Positions 1-8,858 of a DNA stretch of 64,000 nt are shown here, in pieces. The stretch comes from Longimicrobiales bacterium (GTDB lineage: Bacteria; Gemmatimonadota; Gemmatimonadetes; Longimicrobiales; Gaopeijiaceae): positions 928,001 through 992,000 of the forward strand of contig CBDAON010000004.1 in NCBI GenBank assembly GCA_965198065.1. Direction: 5' to 3'. The position numbers were made by a program, and so were the translations under genes. The notes beneath the pieces are model-generated. The model saw only the letters and a program-made list of their open reading frames with translations. It had not been told where the DNA came from and did no database searches. Each line of letters opens with the position of its first letter. The stretch's first letter is position 1.

Positions 1-1
1 T

Positions 2-715
2 CTGCGCCACGATGACCCCGTTCACGACGATCGGGGGCGAGGAGCTCGTGACCATCCCCAGCTCCCTGGGGATCCCATAGTCCGGGTCGTAGGTCCCCCC
101 CGCGGCCGTGTAGTCCAGCCACGGCCCCCAATCCCCGATGAGGTCCGGGAGCAGGTCGACGACCCCAGTCTGCGGGAAGGTATCGATCCCTACGGGCGAG
201 CCCCAGCCCTCCACGGGCAGCCCCGTCTTGGCATCCAGGGCCCACAGGAAGAACGCAGGCGACGTGATATAGATTACGCCTCGTCCGTCTATTTCCCCGT
301 AAGCGACGCCCTTTCCGTGCGCCGCCCTGGGCGACCGCTGGTACCTCGTGGTGTTGGGCTCACGGAAGGTCCAGAGCGTCTCTCCCGTCGCCGGATCGAT
401 CGCAACCACCTGGCGGCGGCTGCCCGACACGGTGTAGAGCATCCCGTCTACGTAGATCGGGGTTCCCCGGGCCGAGTAGGTGGGTGACGGCCCCATGTTG
501 TCGCCCCGCCAGGTCCAGGCCACCTCCAGGTCGCCAAAGTTGGAGGCGTTGATCTGGGTCAGGGCCACATTGGACCGGGTGGCGCCAGCATCGCCGATGA
601 AGTAACGCCACTCTCCGTTCTCCAGGCCCGTGAGCTGCGCGGATCCGGGCATCGCGACGCCGAGCGCGATCGCGAGAGCAAGGACGCCTGAAATGCTCCG
701 ATGTCGAGTTGTCAT
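2..715 (-). CDS. PQQ-dependent (quinoprotein glucose/sorbosone-type) dehydrogenase, N-terminal part; runs off window edge
   Basis: Hand translation from ATG 715 (GGAGG RBS upstream): signal peptide MTTRHRSISGVLALAIALGVAMPGSAQ, then EWRYFIGDAGATRS..LTQINASNFGDLEVAWTW..TPIYVDGMLY..VVAIDPATGETLWTF..KGVAY..LWALDAKTG, typical PQQ beta-propeller motifs. Missing from the ORF track because there is no stop in the window. Confidence 0.85.
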   Translation of the reverse strand, partial: MTTRHRSISGVLALAIALGVAMPGSAQLTGLENGEWRYFIGDAGATRSNVALTQINASNFGDLEVAWTWRGDNMGPSPTYSARGTPIYVDGMLYTVSGSRRQVVAIDPATGETLWTFREPNTTRYQRSPRAAHGKGVAYGEIDGRGVIYITSPAFFLWALDAKTGLPVEGWGSPVGIDTFPQTGVVDLLPDLIGDWGPWLDYTAAGGTYDPDYGIPRELGMVTSSSPPIVVNGVIVAQ

Positions 716-943
716 TCTTCCTCCCGCAGAAAACGACGTGGGAAACGCCCACCTGAACTGCGCCTGGGATCGTCACGCCCCAGAGCCGGGCTTCCAATGG
801 CCAGGTCGCGATACCGGTGGCTAGTATCGATGACAAGTTACGTGGGACACCAATATCCGGAAAGGGTGAGAATACTCGACGAGCCTTGGCATCACACAGC
901 CCCCCCCGAAAGCATCCGAAACGGACCGCACACCTCCAAGGTG

Positions 944-986
944 AAAAAACGAGAAAGGCCCCGTCTCCATTGAGGAAACGGGGTCT
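944..986 (-). terminator. Rho-independent terminator downstream of the tRNA fragment
   Basis: Minus strand AGACCCCGTTTCC-TCAAT-GGAGACGGGGCCT followed by TTCTCGTTTTTT. Confidence 0.8.
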
Positions 987-1014
987 CGATGAGTCTTGGG
1001 AAACGCCCGGTTCT

Positions 1015-1053
1015 GATCCAAAGACCGGTGTCCTGCCACTAGACGACGGGCCA
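1015..1053 (-). pseudogene. tRNA-Gln(UUG) 5' half only (acceptor 5' strand, D-arm, anticodon loop); T-arm and 3' acceptor strand absent
   Basis: Minus strand TGGCCCG TC GTCTAGTGGCAGGAC A CCGGT CTTTGGA TC. No GGTTCGAATCC or CGGGCCA follows. It lies downstream of ispE, where tRNA-Gln is commonly found. Confidence 0.75.
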
Positions 1054-1103
1054 TCGAGCGGACCAGGGGCGCACGGCCGGCGCCTGGAGGCCGTGCCCCG
1101 CCG

Positions 1104-2087
1104 CTACATGATCGGCCGGCTCACCACCGCACGCCCGATCATGTTCGCGTCCGTTCCGAACCAGAGCATTCCCGTCCGCTCGTCGAACATCATGTTGCGG
1201 ATGTTCCCGCTCACCTCGAGGTTCGAGAAGATTTGCTCCGCGGCCGGATCGAAGCCGATCAGACGCTTCTCGGGCCCGGTGAGCGAGTACCAGATCCGCC
1301 CCTCCCCGTCGGCGTTTACTGCGTACGGGCGGGAGTCGCCGCCGCCTGGCGCGGCCCATTCCGTAGACTCCCCCGTGTTCGGATCGAGCTGGCCGAGATA
1401 CCCTAGAGCGTAGTCCGTATACCAGATCATCCCGTCGGGCGTGACCGCTATGCGACGGTTCCGAGTCTCCGCCGTCCCAACCGGGTACCTGGTCACGTCC
1501 ATCGTTTCCGGATCGATCCTGGCGATCAGGTTCGTCGCGAAGAGGTTGGCCCACGGGCTCCCCTCGGAATCCATCACGATCCCGTAGGGATTGGCCTGCC
1601 GGGAGTACGGGTTGTTGATGATCTCGATCTGGCCAGTCGCCATGTTGAGACGGCCGATCCGACTCGCGCCCTGCGCGGTGAACCAGATGTTCCCCGCGCC
1701 GTCGAACGTCGCCGTGTGGGGGTCACGCACGGCCGGGTCGGGCATCATGAAGATCTCGACCTCGCCCGTAGCCGGATCCAGCTTCCCGATCCGGCCGTTC
1801 CGGTTCCCCATGTACCACACGAACCCCTCCCCGTCCACGATCAGGCTGTGGGGGTTCGTTCCGCCCTCGATCTCGAAGCGTCGGAACTGCTCCGTCTCCG
1901 GGTCGAGGCGCGCGATGTAGTTCCCCTGCTGACCCACGAACCAGACATGGCCGTTCGGGGCCACGTACGGATCCCGCGTTCGCCCGCCCCACTCCACGGA
2001 CCACTCCTGCAGGTCGATGGTTTGCGCGGGCAGCGGGGAAGTGAGCCCAACGAGCCCGGTCAGGACCAGAAGAATCAGTTGTCTCAT
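1104..2087 (-). CDS. Secreted Vgb (streptogramin/virginiamycin B lyase)-like beta-propeller
   Basis: Signal peptide MRQLILLVLTGLVGLTSPLPAQ. Repeats of P-x-I-x-D-x-G-x-W-F and IGRLDPxTG. Start trimmed to ATG 2087. Confidence 0.8.
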   Translation of the reverse strand: MRQLILLVLTGLVGLTSPLPAQTIDLQEWSVEWGGRTRDPYVAPNGHVWFVGQQGNYIARLDPETEQFRRFEIEGGTNPHSLIVDGEGFVWYMGNRNGRIGKLDPATGEVEIFMMPDPAVRDPHTATFDGAGNIWFTAQGASRIGRLNMATGQIEIINNPYSRQANPYGIVMDSEGSPWANLFATNLIARIDPETMDVTRYPVGTAETRNRRIAVTPDGMIWYTDYALGYLGQLDPNTGESTEWAAPGGGDSRPYAVNADGEGRIWYSLTGPEKRLIGFDPAAEQIFSNLEVSGNIRNMMFDERTGMLWFGTDANMIGRAVVSRPIM

Positions 2088-2249
2088 GATGTGTTCTCGG
2101 GGTTCCAAGGTCAGTGCGACCTTCTGAGCATGGCTCTCGATTCCAAGACAATCGGGGTGGCTTTTCGCTGTCCCATGATGCCTTCGCGCTCGGCCAGGGC
2201 GCAAGCACGGGAGCTCTCGCCGCCGCCCGAGGTCACCGTGTTTGGGCAG

Positions 2250-3155
2250 CTACCGCCCCTCTGTGACGGACGTCCGGGTTCGGAGGACCCGCACGTCACC
2301 GACGGCCGAAGCCCCGCGCTCGAGCGCGTCCTGGTCGTCGAACACGCCGAACACGGCCGCCCCGCTCCCGCAAAGGAGGGCCGGCCCCCCACCCGCCCCG
2401 AGGAGGGCCGCCTTGATCAGCGCGAGCTCCGGCCGGAGTGGAAAGAGCGCCTCCTCGAAGTCGTTCTGAGCTTCGTCCCCAACACCGGCCCATTCGTCGC
2501 TCGGGCCCGGGCCCTCCCTGTAGCCGAACCTCGGGCGAGCCGGAGCTTCGCGCTCTCGGGCCCTGCGAGAGGCCAGGACCCCGTAGGCCCAGTCCGTTGA
2601 AATCGGAGGCTCGGGAACGGCGAGGAGCACGTCCCGAGGAGGGAGGGCCGGCAGCTCGAGTACGCGTTCCCCTCGACCCCACGCCACGGCACGGGCGGCC
2701 CCCGACACAAAGAAGGGCACGTCGGAGCCGATCCCGGCTCCGAGACGCATGAGATCCGCTTGTGGGAGAGCTTCTTCCAGGAGGGCATTCAGCCCTCGAA
2801 GGACAGCCGCCGCGTCGGAGGATCCGCCACCCAGGCCGGCTCCGTGAGGAATCCGCTTCGAGAGGTGCACCCGGATCCCAGGGAGCCGCGTCCCACGCGT
2901 CGCCAGGACCCGCCGAAAGCCCTCGGCGGCACGAACCGCAAGGTTCGCCTCGGGGGGACCTAGCGCTCCCTCGGCCACGCCCTCCAGCTCCAGCTGATCG
3001 GAGTCTCGGTCGAGGAAATCCAGCCTCAGGGTGTCCGCGAGCTCGACCGTATGAAGGACGGTCTCGATCCGGTGGTAGCCGTCCTCCCCCCGCTCCAGGA
3101 CCCGGAGGAGGAGATTCACCTTCGCGGGCGCATCCCCCGTCCAGGAGTTCGCCAC
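2250..3155 (-). CDS. ispE: 4-diphosphocytidyl-2-C-methyl-D-erythritol kinase
   Basis: APAKVNLLLRV, GYHRIET, KRIPHGAGLGGGSSDAA, GSDVPFF, NDFE motifs. Start uncertain (GTG 3155 chosen). Confidence 0.95.
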   Translation of the reverse strand: MANSWTGDAPAKVNLLLRVLERGEDGYHRIETVLHTVELADTLRLDFLDRDSDQLELEGVAEGALGPPEANLAVRAAEGFRRVLATRGTRLPGIRVHLSKRIPHGAGLGGGSSDAAAVLRGLNALLEEALPQADLMRLGAGIGSDVPFFVSGAARAVAWGRGERVLELPALPPRDVLLAVPEPPISTDWAYGVLASRRAREREAPARPRFGYREGPGPSDEWAGVGDEAQNDFEEALFPLRPELALIKAALLGAGGGPALLCGSGAAVFGVFDDQDALERGASAVGDVRVLRTRTSVTEGR

Positions 3156-3204
3156 CCATCCCAAGTGGCGAGTCACCGCCCCCAGCGCCCGCTCGCCCGC
3201 CGAG

Positions 3205-4245
3205 TCATCGGCCCCGCGGCTCCCTCGTGCCACTCAGCCCGATCCCCTCCGTCCGGCGCAGATCCGAAACGCTCAGCCCCACGCGCGCCGCGTACCACAG
3301 ACCCAGGAGCGTGACGGGGAGGAAGCTGCCCAGGTGGTATCCGAACGCGAACGCGAGCGTGGGCCCTTCGGCGACCCCGTAGACCTCGTGGAGCGCGATC
3401 ACCGCCGCTGCCTGGAACGTCCCCACGTACCCCGGGGCGGCCGGAACCGCCACGCCCAACGTGATGATCGCCTGGACGAAGAGAGCGGTCACGTATCCCT
3501 GCTCGATCCCGAAGGCCCAAAGGCCCACGAGATACGAGAGGCCGTTCCATGCCCAGAAGGCGAAGGACCAGATCACGCTCAAGGAGAGAAGGCGCGGGCT
3601 TCGTAGCGCACCCAGGCCCCGAAGGAACGCCTCCAGGAACTCGGTGATCAGGTGACCCGCCCGTCCGGGCAGATGCGGAGCGACGCGCCGAGCCAGGCTC
3701 ACCAGCGGATTCGGGAGAAGGAGCGGGACGAGGAGGACCGACACTGTCAGGACGAGCACCACGGCCACGCCGGGAAGAAGCGACTCGAGGGAACGCCCTC
3801 CGACCGTGACACTGCCGGGGAAGCTGGGGTGGAGGACGGCGACGAGGAGCAGGCCGAATACCGCAAGGAGATCCATGAAGCGCTCCACGACGATGGAACC
3901 GAACGTGGCGCTCACGGTCACGGATTCGAGCCTGGCAAACGACCAGGCGCGGGCGAACTCCCCCATTCGCGCCGGGAGGACGTTGTTCAGGCCGAACCCG
4001 ATGTTCACCGCGGCAAATCTGGAGTGGAGACGGGTGCCGGGCCGCACCGGGTGAAGAAAGACCCCCCAGCGGAGCGCCCGGATCAGGAATCCCGAGGTCG
4101 TGATCGCGACGGCGAGGAGTAGGAGCCAGAGGTTCGCCCCACGGACCTCGGCCCACACCTGACGCGGATCCACGTCGCGGAGGACCCACCAGATGAGGAG
4201 CGCGCTGACCGCGATCCCGAGAACGGCCTTCCAGCCCCGCCTCAC
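3205..4245 (-). CDS. Lysylphosphatidylglycerol synthase TM region / UPF0104 flippase-like membrane protein
   Basis: Polytopic hydrophobic protein with RALRW, NNVLPARMGE, ERFMD, PAAPGYVGTF motifs. Confidence 0.85.
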   Translation of the reverse strand: MRRGWKAVLGIAVSALLIWWVLRDVDPRQVWAEVRGANLWLLLLAVAITTSGFLIRALRWGVFLHPVRPGTRLHSRFAAVNIGFGLNNVLPARMGEFARAWSFARLESVTVSATFGSIVVERFMDLLAVFGLLLVAVLHPSFPGSVTVGGRSLESLLPGVAVVLVLTVSVLLVPLLLPNPLVSLARRVAPHLPGRAGHLITEFLEAFLRGLGALRSPRLLSLSVIWSFAFWAWNGLSYLVGLWAFGIEQGYVTALFVQAIITLGVAVPAAPGYVGTFQAAAVIALHEVYGVAEGPTLAFAFGYHLGSFLPVTLLGLWYAARVGLSVSDLRRTEGIGLSGTREPRGR

Positions 4246-4278
4246 GGGCCCGGCTCCACCTCGGCACCCGATCGGCGA

Positions 4279-5049
4279 TCAGTACCCAATCGGCGGCACC
4301 CACCGCCCGGGCTCGCCAACGCGCGCCGGAGCCTCGTTCATCAGCTGGTGCATCTCCCGAACCGCTCGCTCCAGTCCGACGAGCACCGCCCTGGATACGA
4401 TCGAGTGCCCGATGTTCAGCTCCTCGATGCCCGGCAGGGCGGCAACCGGGGTCACGTTCTCGTACGTGAGCCCGTGCCCCGCGTGGGCCGCGACCCCGAG
4501 CTCCCTCCCCAACCGGGCCGCCCGCAGGAGCCTCTGGAGCTCCGCCGCGCGGTCTTCGTCTCCGCGCGCGTTGGCGTACGAACCCGTATGGAGCTCGATC
4601 GCCTCGACGCCCAGATCGGCGGAAGCGCGAACGGCCCTCTCGTCGGGATCCACGAAAAGGGACACTCGGATCCGGGCGTCCTTCAACCGACCAACCGCGC
4701 GCGCGATCCCCGCCCGGACGCCGCCGGCGCCCAGGTCTAGCCCCCCCTCCGTCGTGACCTCGTCCCGGCGCTCCGGCACGAGCGTCGCCTGCATGGGCTG
4801 GATCTCGCAAGCGATGTCCAGGATCGCGGGATCCACCGCCAGCTCGAGGTTCACGCCGGTCCGGACGGTCTGGACGAGCAGCCGGATGTCCCGGTCCTGG
4901 ATGTGCCGCCGATCCTCGCGAAGATGGACGGTAATCCCGTCCGCCCCGGCGAGCTCGACGAGCGCCGCGGCACGCACGGGGTCCGGCTCGTCGGTGCCCC
5001 GCGCCTCTCGCAGCGTCGCCACGTGGTCCACGTTGACGTAGAGTCTCAC
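4279..5049 (-). CDS. pdxJ: Pyridoxine 5'-phosphate synthase
   Basis: [57 protein letters not shown] start overlaps the upstream stop (GTGA). Confidence 0.97.
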   Translation of the reverse strand: MRLYVNVDHVATLREARGTDEPDPVRAAALVELAGADGITVHLREDRRHIQDRDIRLLVQTVRTGVNLELAVDPAILDIACEIQPMQATLVPERRDEVTTEGGLDLGAGGVRAGIARAVGRLKDARIRVSLFVDPDERAVRASADLGVEAIELHTGSYANARGDEDRAAELQRLLRAARLGRELGVAAHAGHGLTYENVTPVAALPGIEELNIGHSIVSRAVLVGLERAVREMHQLMNEAPARVGEPGRWVPPIGY

Positions 5050-5909
5050 GAGTACCTCTCGAAGAGCTCGGCGATCTCCGCCGCCGTCGCGGGCGGCAGC
5101 CCCTCGCCAATCCATGCCAGGCCCCGCACTCCCAACGCCGAGTAGAGTCGCGCGTCGGCCGGCTCCAGCGTTCTGAGGTGCAGGGCAATCGTCTCGACGT
5201 CCCCCCGCAGGAGGGGGCCGGTGAGCGCACGATCTACCCCCAGCTCTTTAGCGTTCTCGAGCGCCCCTATCGCGAGCGTCGCGAGCGCCTGCTCGGCGTC
5301 TTCGCGGTCCGCTCCAGCCTGCTCGAGCAGTCGGGTGGCCTCGTGAAGGAGAAGGACCGCGTAGCTCGAGGCGAGCACCGCCGCCGCGTGGTAGAGAGGA
5401 CGCCGTGTCGTGGGCACCGCGATCGAACGCCCTCCCAGAAGCGAGACCAAGCGTCGACCGACGAAGAGGGCCTCTGGCTCTCCGGAGAGCGCGAAGAAGG
5501 CGCCCAGGAGCCGATCGGGACCGACCGTCGCGTTCGGTATGGCGCGAAGCGGGTGCAGGGTCCCTACCGAGTACCCGCGAGCATGAAGGGAGGCGAGGGG
5601 ATCCGCCCCAAGAGCTCCCGAGCAGTGGAGGACCGCACAGCTGCCGGGCGCCTCGCCCCGTTCGGAGAGGGCGTGCGAGACGTCCGCGATCGCCCGGTCG
5701 GGGACTGTCAGGATGACGGCGGTCGTACCGGTCTCGGGACGGTCGATCCCGAAATGGTACCGGGCGAGCCCGTCGTCGAAGAGGGGATGCCGAGGCGGCT
5801 CAGCGTGCCGCCCCATGACCGTGACCTGCGTCCGCCGGTCGGCCCGCGCCACGGCGTAGGCCAGAGAGAGCCCCAGGCGCCCCGGCCCCACGAAGACGAG
5901 CCGCTCCAT
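5046..5909 (-). CDS. Rossmann-like / DUF2520 short-chain oxidoreductase (PanG-like)
   Basis: [46 protein letters not shown] motifs. Confidence 0.85.
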   Translation of the reverse strand: MERLVFVGPGRLGLSLAYAVARADRRTQVTVMGRHAEPPRHPLFDDGLARYHFGIDRPETGTTAVILTVPDRAIADVSHALSERGEAPGSCAVLHCSGALGADPLASLHARGYSVGTLHPLRAIPNATVGPDRLLGAFFALSGEPEALFVGRRLVSLLGGRSIAVPTTRRPLYHAAAVLASSYAVLLLHEATRLLEQAGADREDAEQALATLAIGALENAKELGVDRALTGPLLRGDVETIALHLRTLEPADARLYSALGVRGLAWIGEGLPPATAAEIAELFERYS

Positions 5910-5967
5910 CAGGTCGAACGGGACTCCGCCCGAGAGAGGGCAGACCGGGGGCAGGCGGCACGACGGA

Positions 5968-7251
5968 TCACGGCTCGGCCAGCTCGACCTCCGGGTCCCG
6001 CCTAAGACGTCCCAGCAGGGCCGCCGGCACCCTCGCCGTCAGCCGCAGCCGGGATCCGTTTTCCTGGACGGAGATGACCTCCCCCTCCCGATGCACGGCC
6101 GCGAGCACGCCGCCCGCCCCCGCGGGGAGCTCCATCTCGACCCGGGGATGCCTCAAACGGACCCGAGCCCGGAGCGCTTCGACGAGCGGATCGAGCCCGC
6201 CGGCCTCCACGGCGGAGACGAAGACGGCGGGCGTCCCCCCCAGCGCTCGGGCTCTCGCCGCATGTATCTGCTCCTCCTCGTGCGTCAACCGATCGACCTT
6301 GTTGCACAAGAGGATCTGCGGACGGTGCGCGAGATCGAGCTCACCCAGGACTTGGTCGACGACCTCCCTCTGCGCCTCCCACTCGGGGTGCGAGAGGTCG
6401 ATCACGTGGAGGAGAAGGTCGGCCTCGCGGGCCTCTTCCAGAGTCGATCGGAATGAAGCGACCAGGTGGTGGGGGAGCTTCCGAATGAAGCCCACCGTGT
6501 CGGTCACGAGGGCGGCGTATCCGTGGCCCAGCTCCACCTGTCGGGTCGCGGGGTCCAGGGTCGCGAAGAGCCGATCCTCCACAAATAGCTCGTCTCCGGA
6601 CAGGCTCCTGAGCACGGAGGACTTCCCGGCGTTCGTGTACCCGACGAGGGCAGCCCGAAAGTGTCCGTGCCTGCGCTTCCTCTGCGTAGCGCGCTGCGAG
6701 GCCACCGCCTTCAATCTCTTCCTGAGCCCGGAGATGCGCCGTCCGATGAGCCGCCGGTCCGTTTCGATCTGGGCCTCGCCCGGTCCACGCAGCCCGATGC
6801 CGCCCCGGATTCGGGACAGGTGGGTCCACATGCGGGCCAGCCGGGGGAGGAGGTACTCGAGCTGGGCGAGCTCCACCTGAAGCTTCGCTTCCCTGGACCG
6901 CGCGCGTGAGGCAAAGACGTCCAGGATCAGCTCGGACCGGTCCATGACCCGTACCTCGATCGACCGCTCCAGGTTCTTGGCCTGGTCCGGCTTCAGGTCG
7001 TCGTCGAAGATCACGAGATCCGCCTCGCGCTCCCTTACGAAACGGCGGAGCTCGGTCACCTTCCCCGAGCCGATCAGAGTCTGTGGAGTGGGGGAGTCCA
7101 ACCGCTGAATGAGCTCGCCGACGACCTCTCCACCGGCGGTGGCAGTCAGGCGCTCGAGCTCCTGCATGTGCTCGCGGACGATCCTTTCATCGACCGAGCG
7201 GGACGGGGCACCCACCAGGACCGCTCGCTCAGGCTTCCGCCCGTTTTCCAA
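5968..7251 (-). CDS. hflX: GTPase HflX
   Basis: GSGKV, LILDVFASRARSREAKLQVELAQL, GPGE, LVGYTNAGKSS, LFATLDP, DTVGFI, NKVD. Start trimmed to TTG 7251 (uncertain). Confidence 0.95.
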   Translation of the reverse strand: MENGRKPERAVLVGAPSRSVDERIVREHMQELERLTATAGGEVVGELIQRLDSPTPQTLIGSGKVTELRRFVREREADLVIFDDDLKPDQAKNLERSIEVRVMDRSELILDVFASRARSREAKLQVELAQLEYLLPRLARMWTHLSRIRGGIGLRGPGEAQIETDRRLIGRRISGLRKRLKAVASQRATQRKRRHGHFRAALVGYTNAGKSSVLRSLSGDELFVEDRLFATLDPATRQVELGHGYAALVTDTVGFIRKLPHHLVASFRSTLEEAREADLLLHVIDLSHPEWEAQREVVDQVLGELDLAHRPQILLCNKVDRLTHEEEQIHAARARALGGTPAVFVSAVEAGGLDPLVEALRARVRLRHPRVEMELPAGAGGVLAAVHREGEVISVQENGSRLRLTARVPAALLGRLRRDPEVELAEP

Positions 7252-7360
7252 GTGCGCTCTCGGTATGGCTCGTGCCCTCCTCGGGTGCCAGTTCGATGCC
7301 GCTCGACGAGGCGCCGTGGGGGAGACCGGCGCCGCGTACCCGCCGGATCCGTCCTCCCTC

Positions 7361-8827
7361 CTACCCGGGATCCTCGGGATCGTGTCCCACGTCCTCCGCG
7401 ATCTCCTCCCCCACGCGGACGCGTCCCCCGGATCGGCGCTCTCCCCACCACCGCAGTCGTGCCTCGATCGCCTTCTCGAACCCGAACGTCCCGGGTTGGT
7501 AAAAGCGACGGCCGGTGAGGGCCTCCGGAAGGTAGTGCTGCGAGGCCACCCCATCTGGCTGGTCCGGGTCGTATCTGTACCCTCGCCCGTAACCCCACTC
7601 CTTCATTTCGGGGGTCGGAGCGTTCCGGATGTGCAGCGGAACCGGTTCGGAGGCCGTCTCCTCCGCGGCCGCCATCGCTCGACTCCAGCCCACGTACGCG
7701 CGGTTCGACTTGGGAGCGGTGGCGAGATAGAGGGCGGCCTCCGCGATGGCGAGCTCACCCTCCGGAGAGCCGAGGAAGTGGTAGGCCTGCCAGGCGGACA
7801 CCGTTATCTCGAGGGCCGCGGGATCCGCCAGGCCGATGTCCTCGGACGCCATGCGCACGAGTCGCCTGGCCACGTAGAGCGGATCCTCGCCGCCCCGGAT
7901 CATGCGCGCGAGCCAGTACAGCGTGCCGTCCGGGTCACTCCCCCGTACGGCCTTGTGTAGGGCGGAGATCAGGTTGTAGTGCTCCTCCCCCGACTTGTCG
8001 TAGACGGCGAAGCGATGCTGGAGCGCGTCCCTTGCGACCTGGACCGTGATCGTTTCTCCGTCTCCCGCGATCTCGTGCGCCGCCTCGAGGCCGCCGAGCG
8101 CCCGCCGGGCGTCCCCGTCCGCACCCTTGACCAAAAGGGCGAGCGCATCGTCGTCGATGGTGACGCGGGCGCGCCCCAAGCCGCGGCTCTCGTCCTCCAT
8201 CGCAGCGCGGAGGATCTCCTCGAGATCCGGATCCCCAAGCGGCTCCAGTAGGAAAACCGGGGCGCGAGAGAGAAGAGGACGGTTCACCTCGAAGGAGGGG
8301 TTCTCCGTCGTCGCGCCGACGAGCACGATGGTCCCGTCCTCTACGAACGGAAGGAACGCGTCCTGCTGTGCCCGATTGAAGCGGTGGATCTCGTCGCAGA
8401 AGAGGACGGTCTTCCGCCCCGAGGCGCCGAGACGGACTCTGGCCGAGGCAATTACCTCGCGTACGCGGGCGACGCCTTCCGTCACCGCCGAGAAGGAGAC
8501 GAACTCCGCGTCCACCCGCTCCGCGAGCAGCCGGGCCAGGGTCGTCTTTCCACTCCCGGGCGGTCCCCAGAGGATGCAGCTCGTGAGCTGCCCGCCCTCG
8601 AGCATCCGTCGAAACGGCTTCGCGGGACCGAGAAGATGGGCCTGGCCCCGCACCTCGCCCAGCTCCCGCGGGCGCATCCGCGCCGCGAGGGGGGCGTGCC
8701 GCCCCGGCCGCTCGCCCGGGTCGCCCGGTTCGGAGCCTTGCGGTCGCGACCCGCCGGACCCCGGCCCGCCCGGTTGAGACTTGCCCCCGCCCGCCGCCCC
8801 TCCGCGGAAGAGATCGAGATCGCTCAC
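7361..8827 (-). CDS. rarA: Replication-associated recombination protein A (MgsA/RarA)
   Basis: PLAARMRP, WGPPGSGKTT, DEIHRFNRAQQD, GATTENPSF, SALHKAVRGSDPD, ASEDIGLADP, VPLHIRNAPT. Confidence 0.95.
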   Translation of the reverse strand: MSDLDLFRGGAAGGGKSQPGGPGSGGSRPQGSEPGDPGERPGRHAPLAARMRPRELGEVRGQAHLLGPAKPFRRMLEGGQLTSCILWGPPGSGKTTLARLLAERVDAEFVSFSAVTEGVARVREVIASARVRLGASGRKTVLFCDEIHRFNRAQQDAFLPFVEDGTIVLVGATTENPSFEVNRPLLSRAPVFLLEPLGDPDLEEILRAAMEDESRGLGRARVTIDDDALALLVKGADGDARRALGGLEAAHEIAGDGETITVQVARDALQHRFAVYDKSGEEHYNLISALHKAVRGSDPDGTLYWLARMIRGGEDPLYVARRLVRMASEDIGLADPAALEITVSAWQAYHFLGSPEGELAIAEAALYLATAPKSNRAYVGWSRAMAAAEETASEPVPLHIRNAPTPEMKEWGYGRGYRYDPDQPDGVASQHYLPEALTGRRFYQPGTFGFEKAIEARLRWWGERRSGGRVRVGEEIAEDVGHDPEDPG

Positions 8828-8858
8828 GGACGGGGCCGCGTGGGCGCCTGGAGGGCAC

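Noticed and set aside
716..1015. Group I intron or split-tRNA 3' exon downstream of the tRNA-Gln half
   Set aside because: No T-arm (GGTTCGA) or CGGGCCA acceptor strand found in this interval, and a terminator follows almost immediately.
1104..2087. Streptogramin B resistance gene
   Set aside because: Vgb-like propellers are widespread. This one is secreted, its catalytic residues could not be verified, and there is no mobile context.
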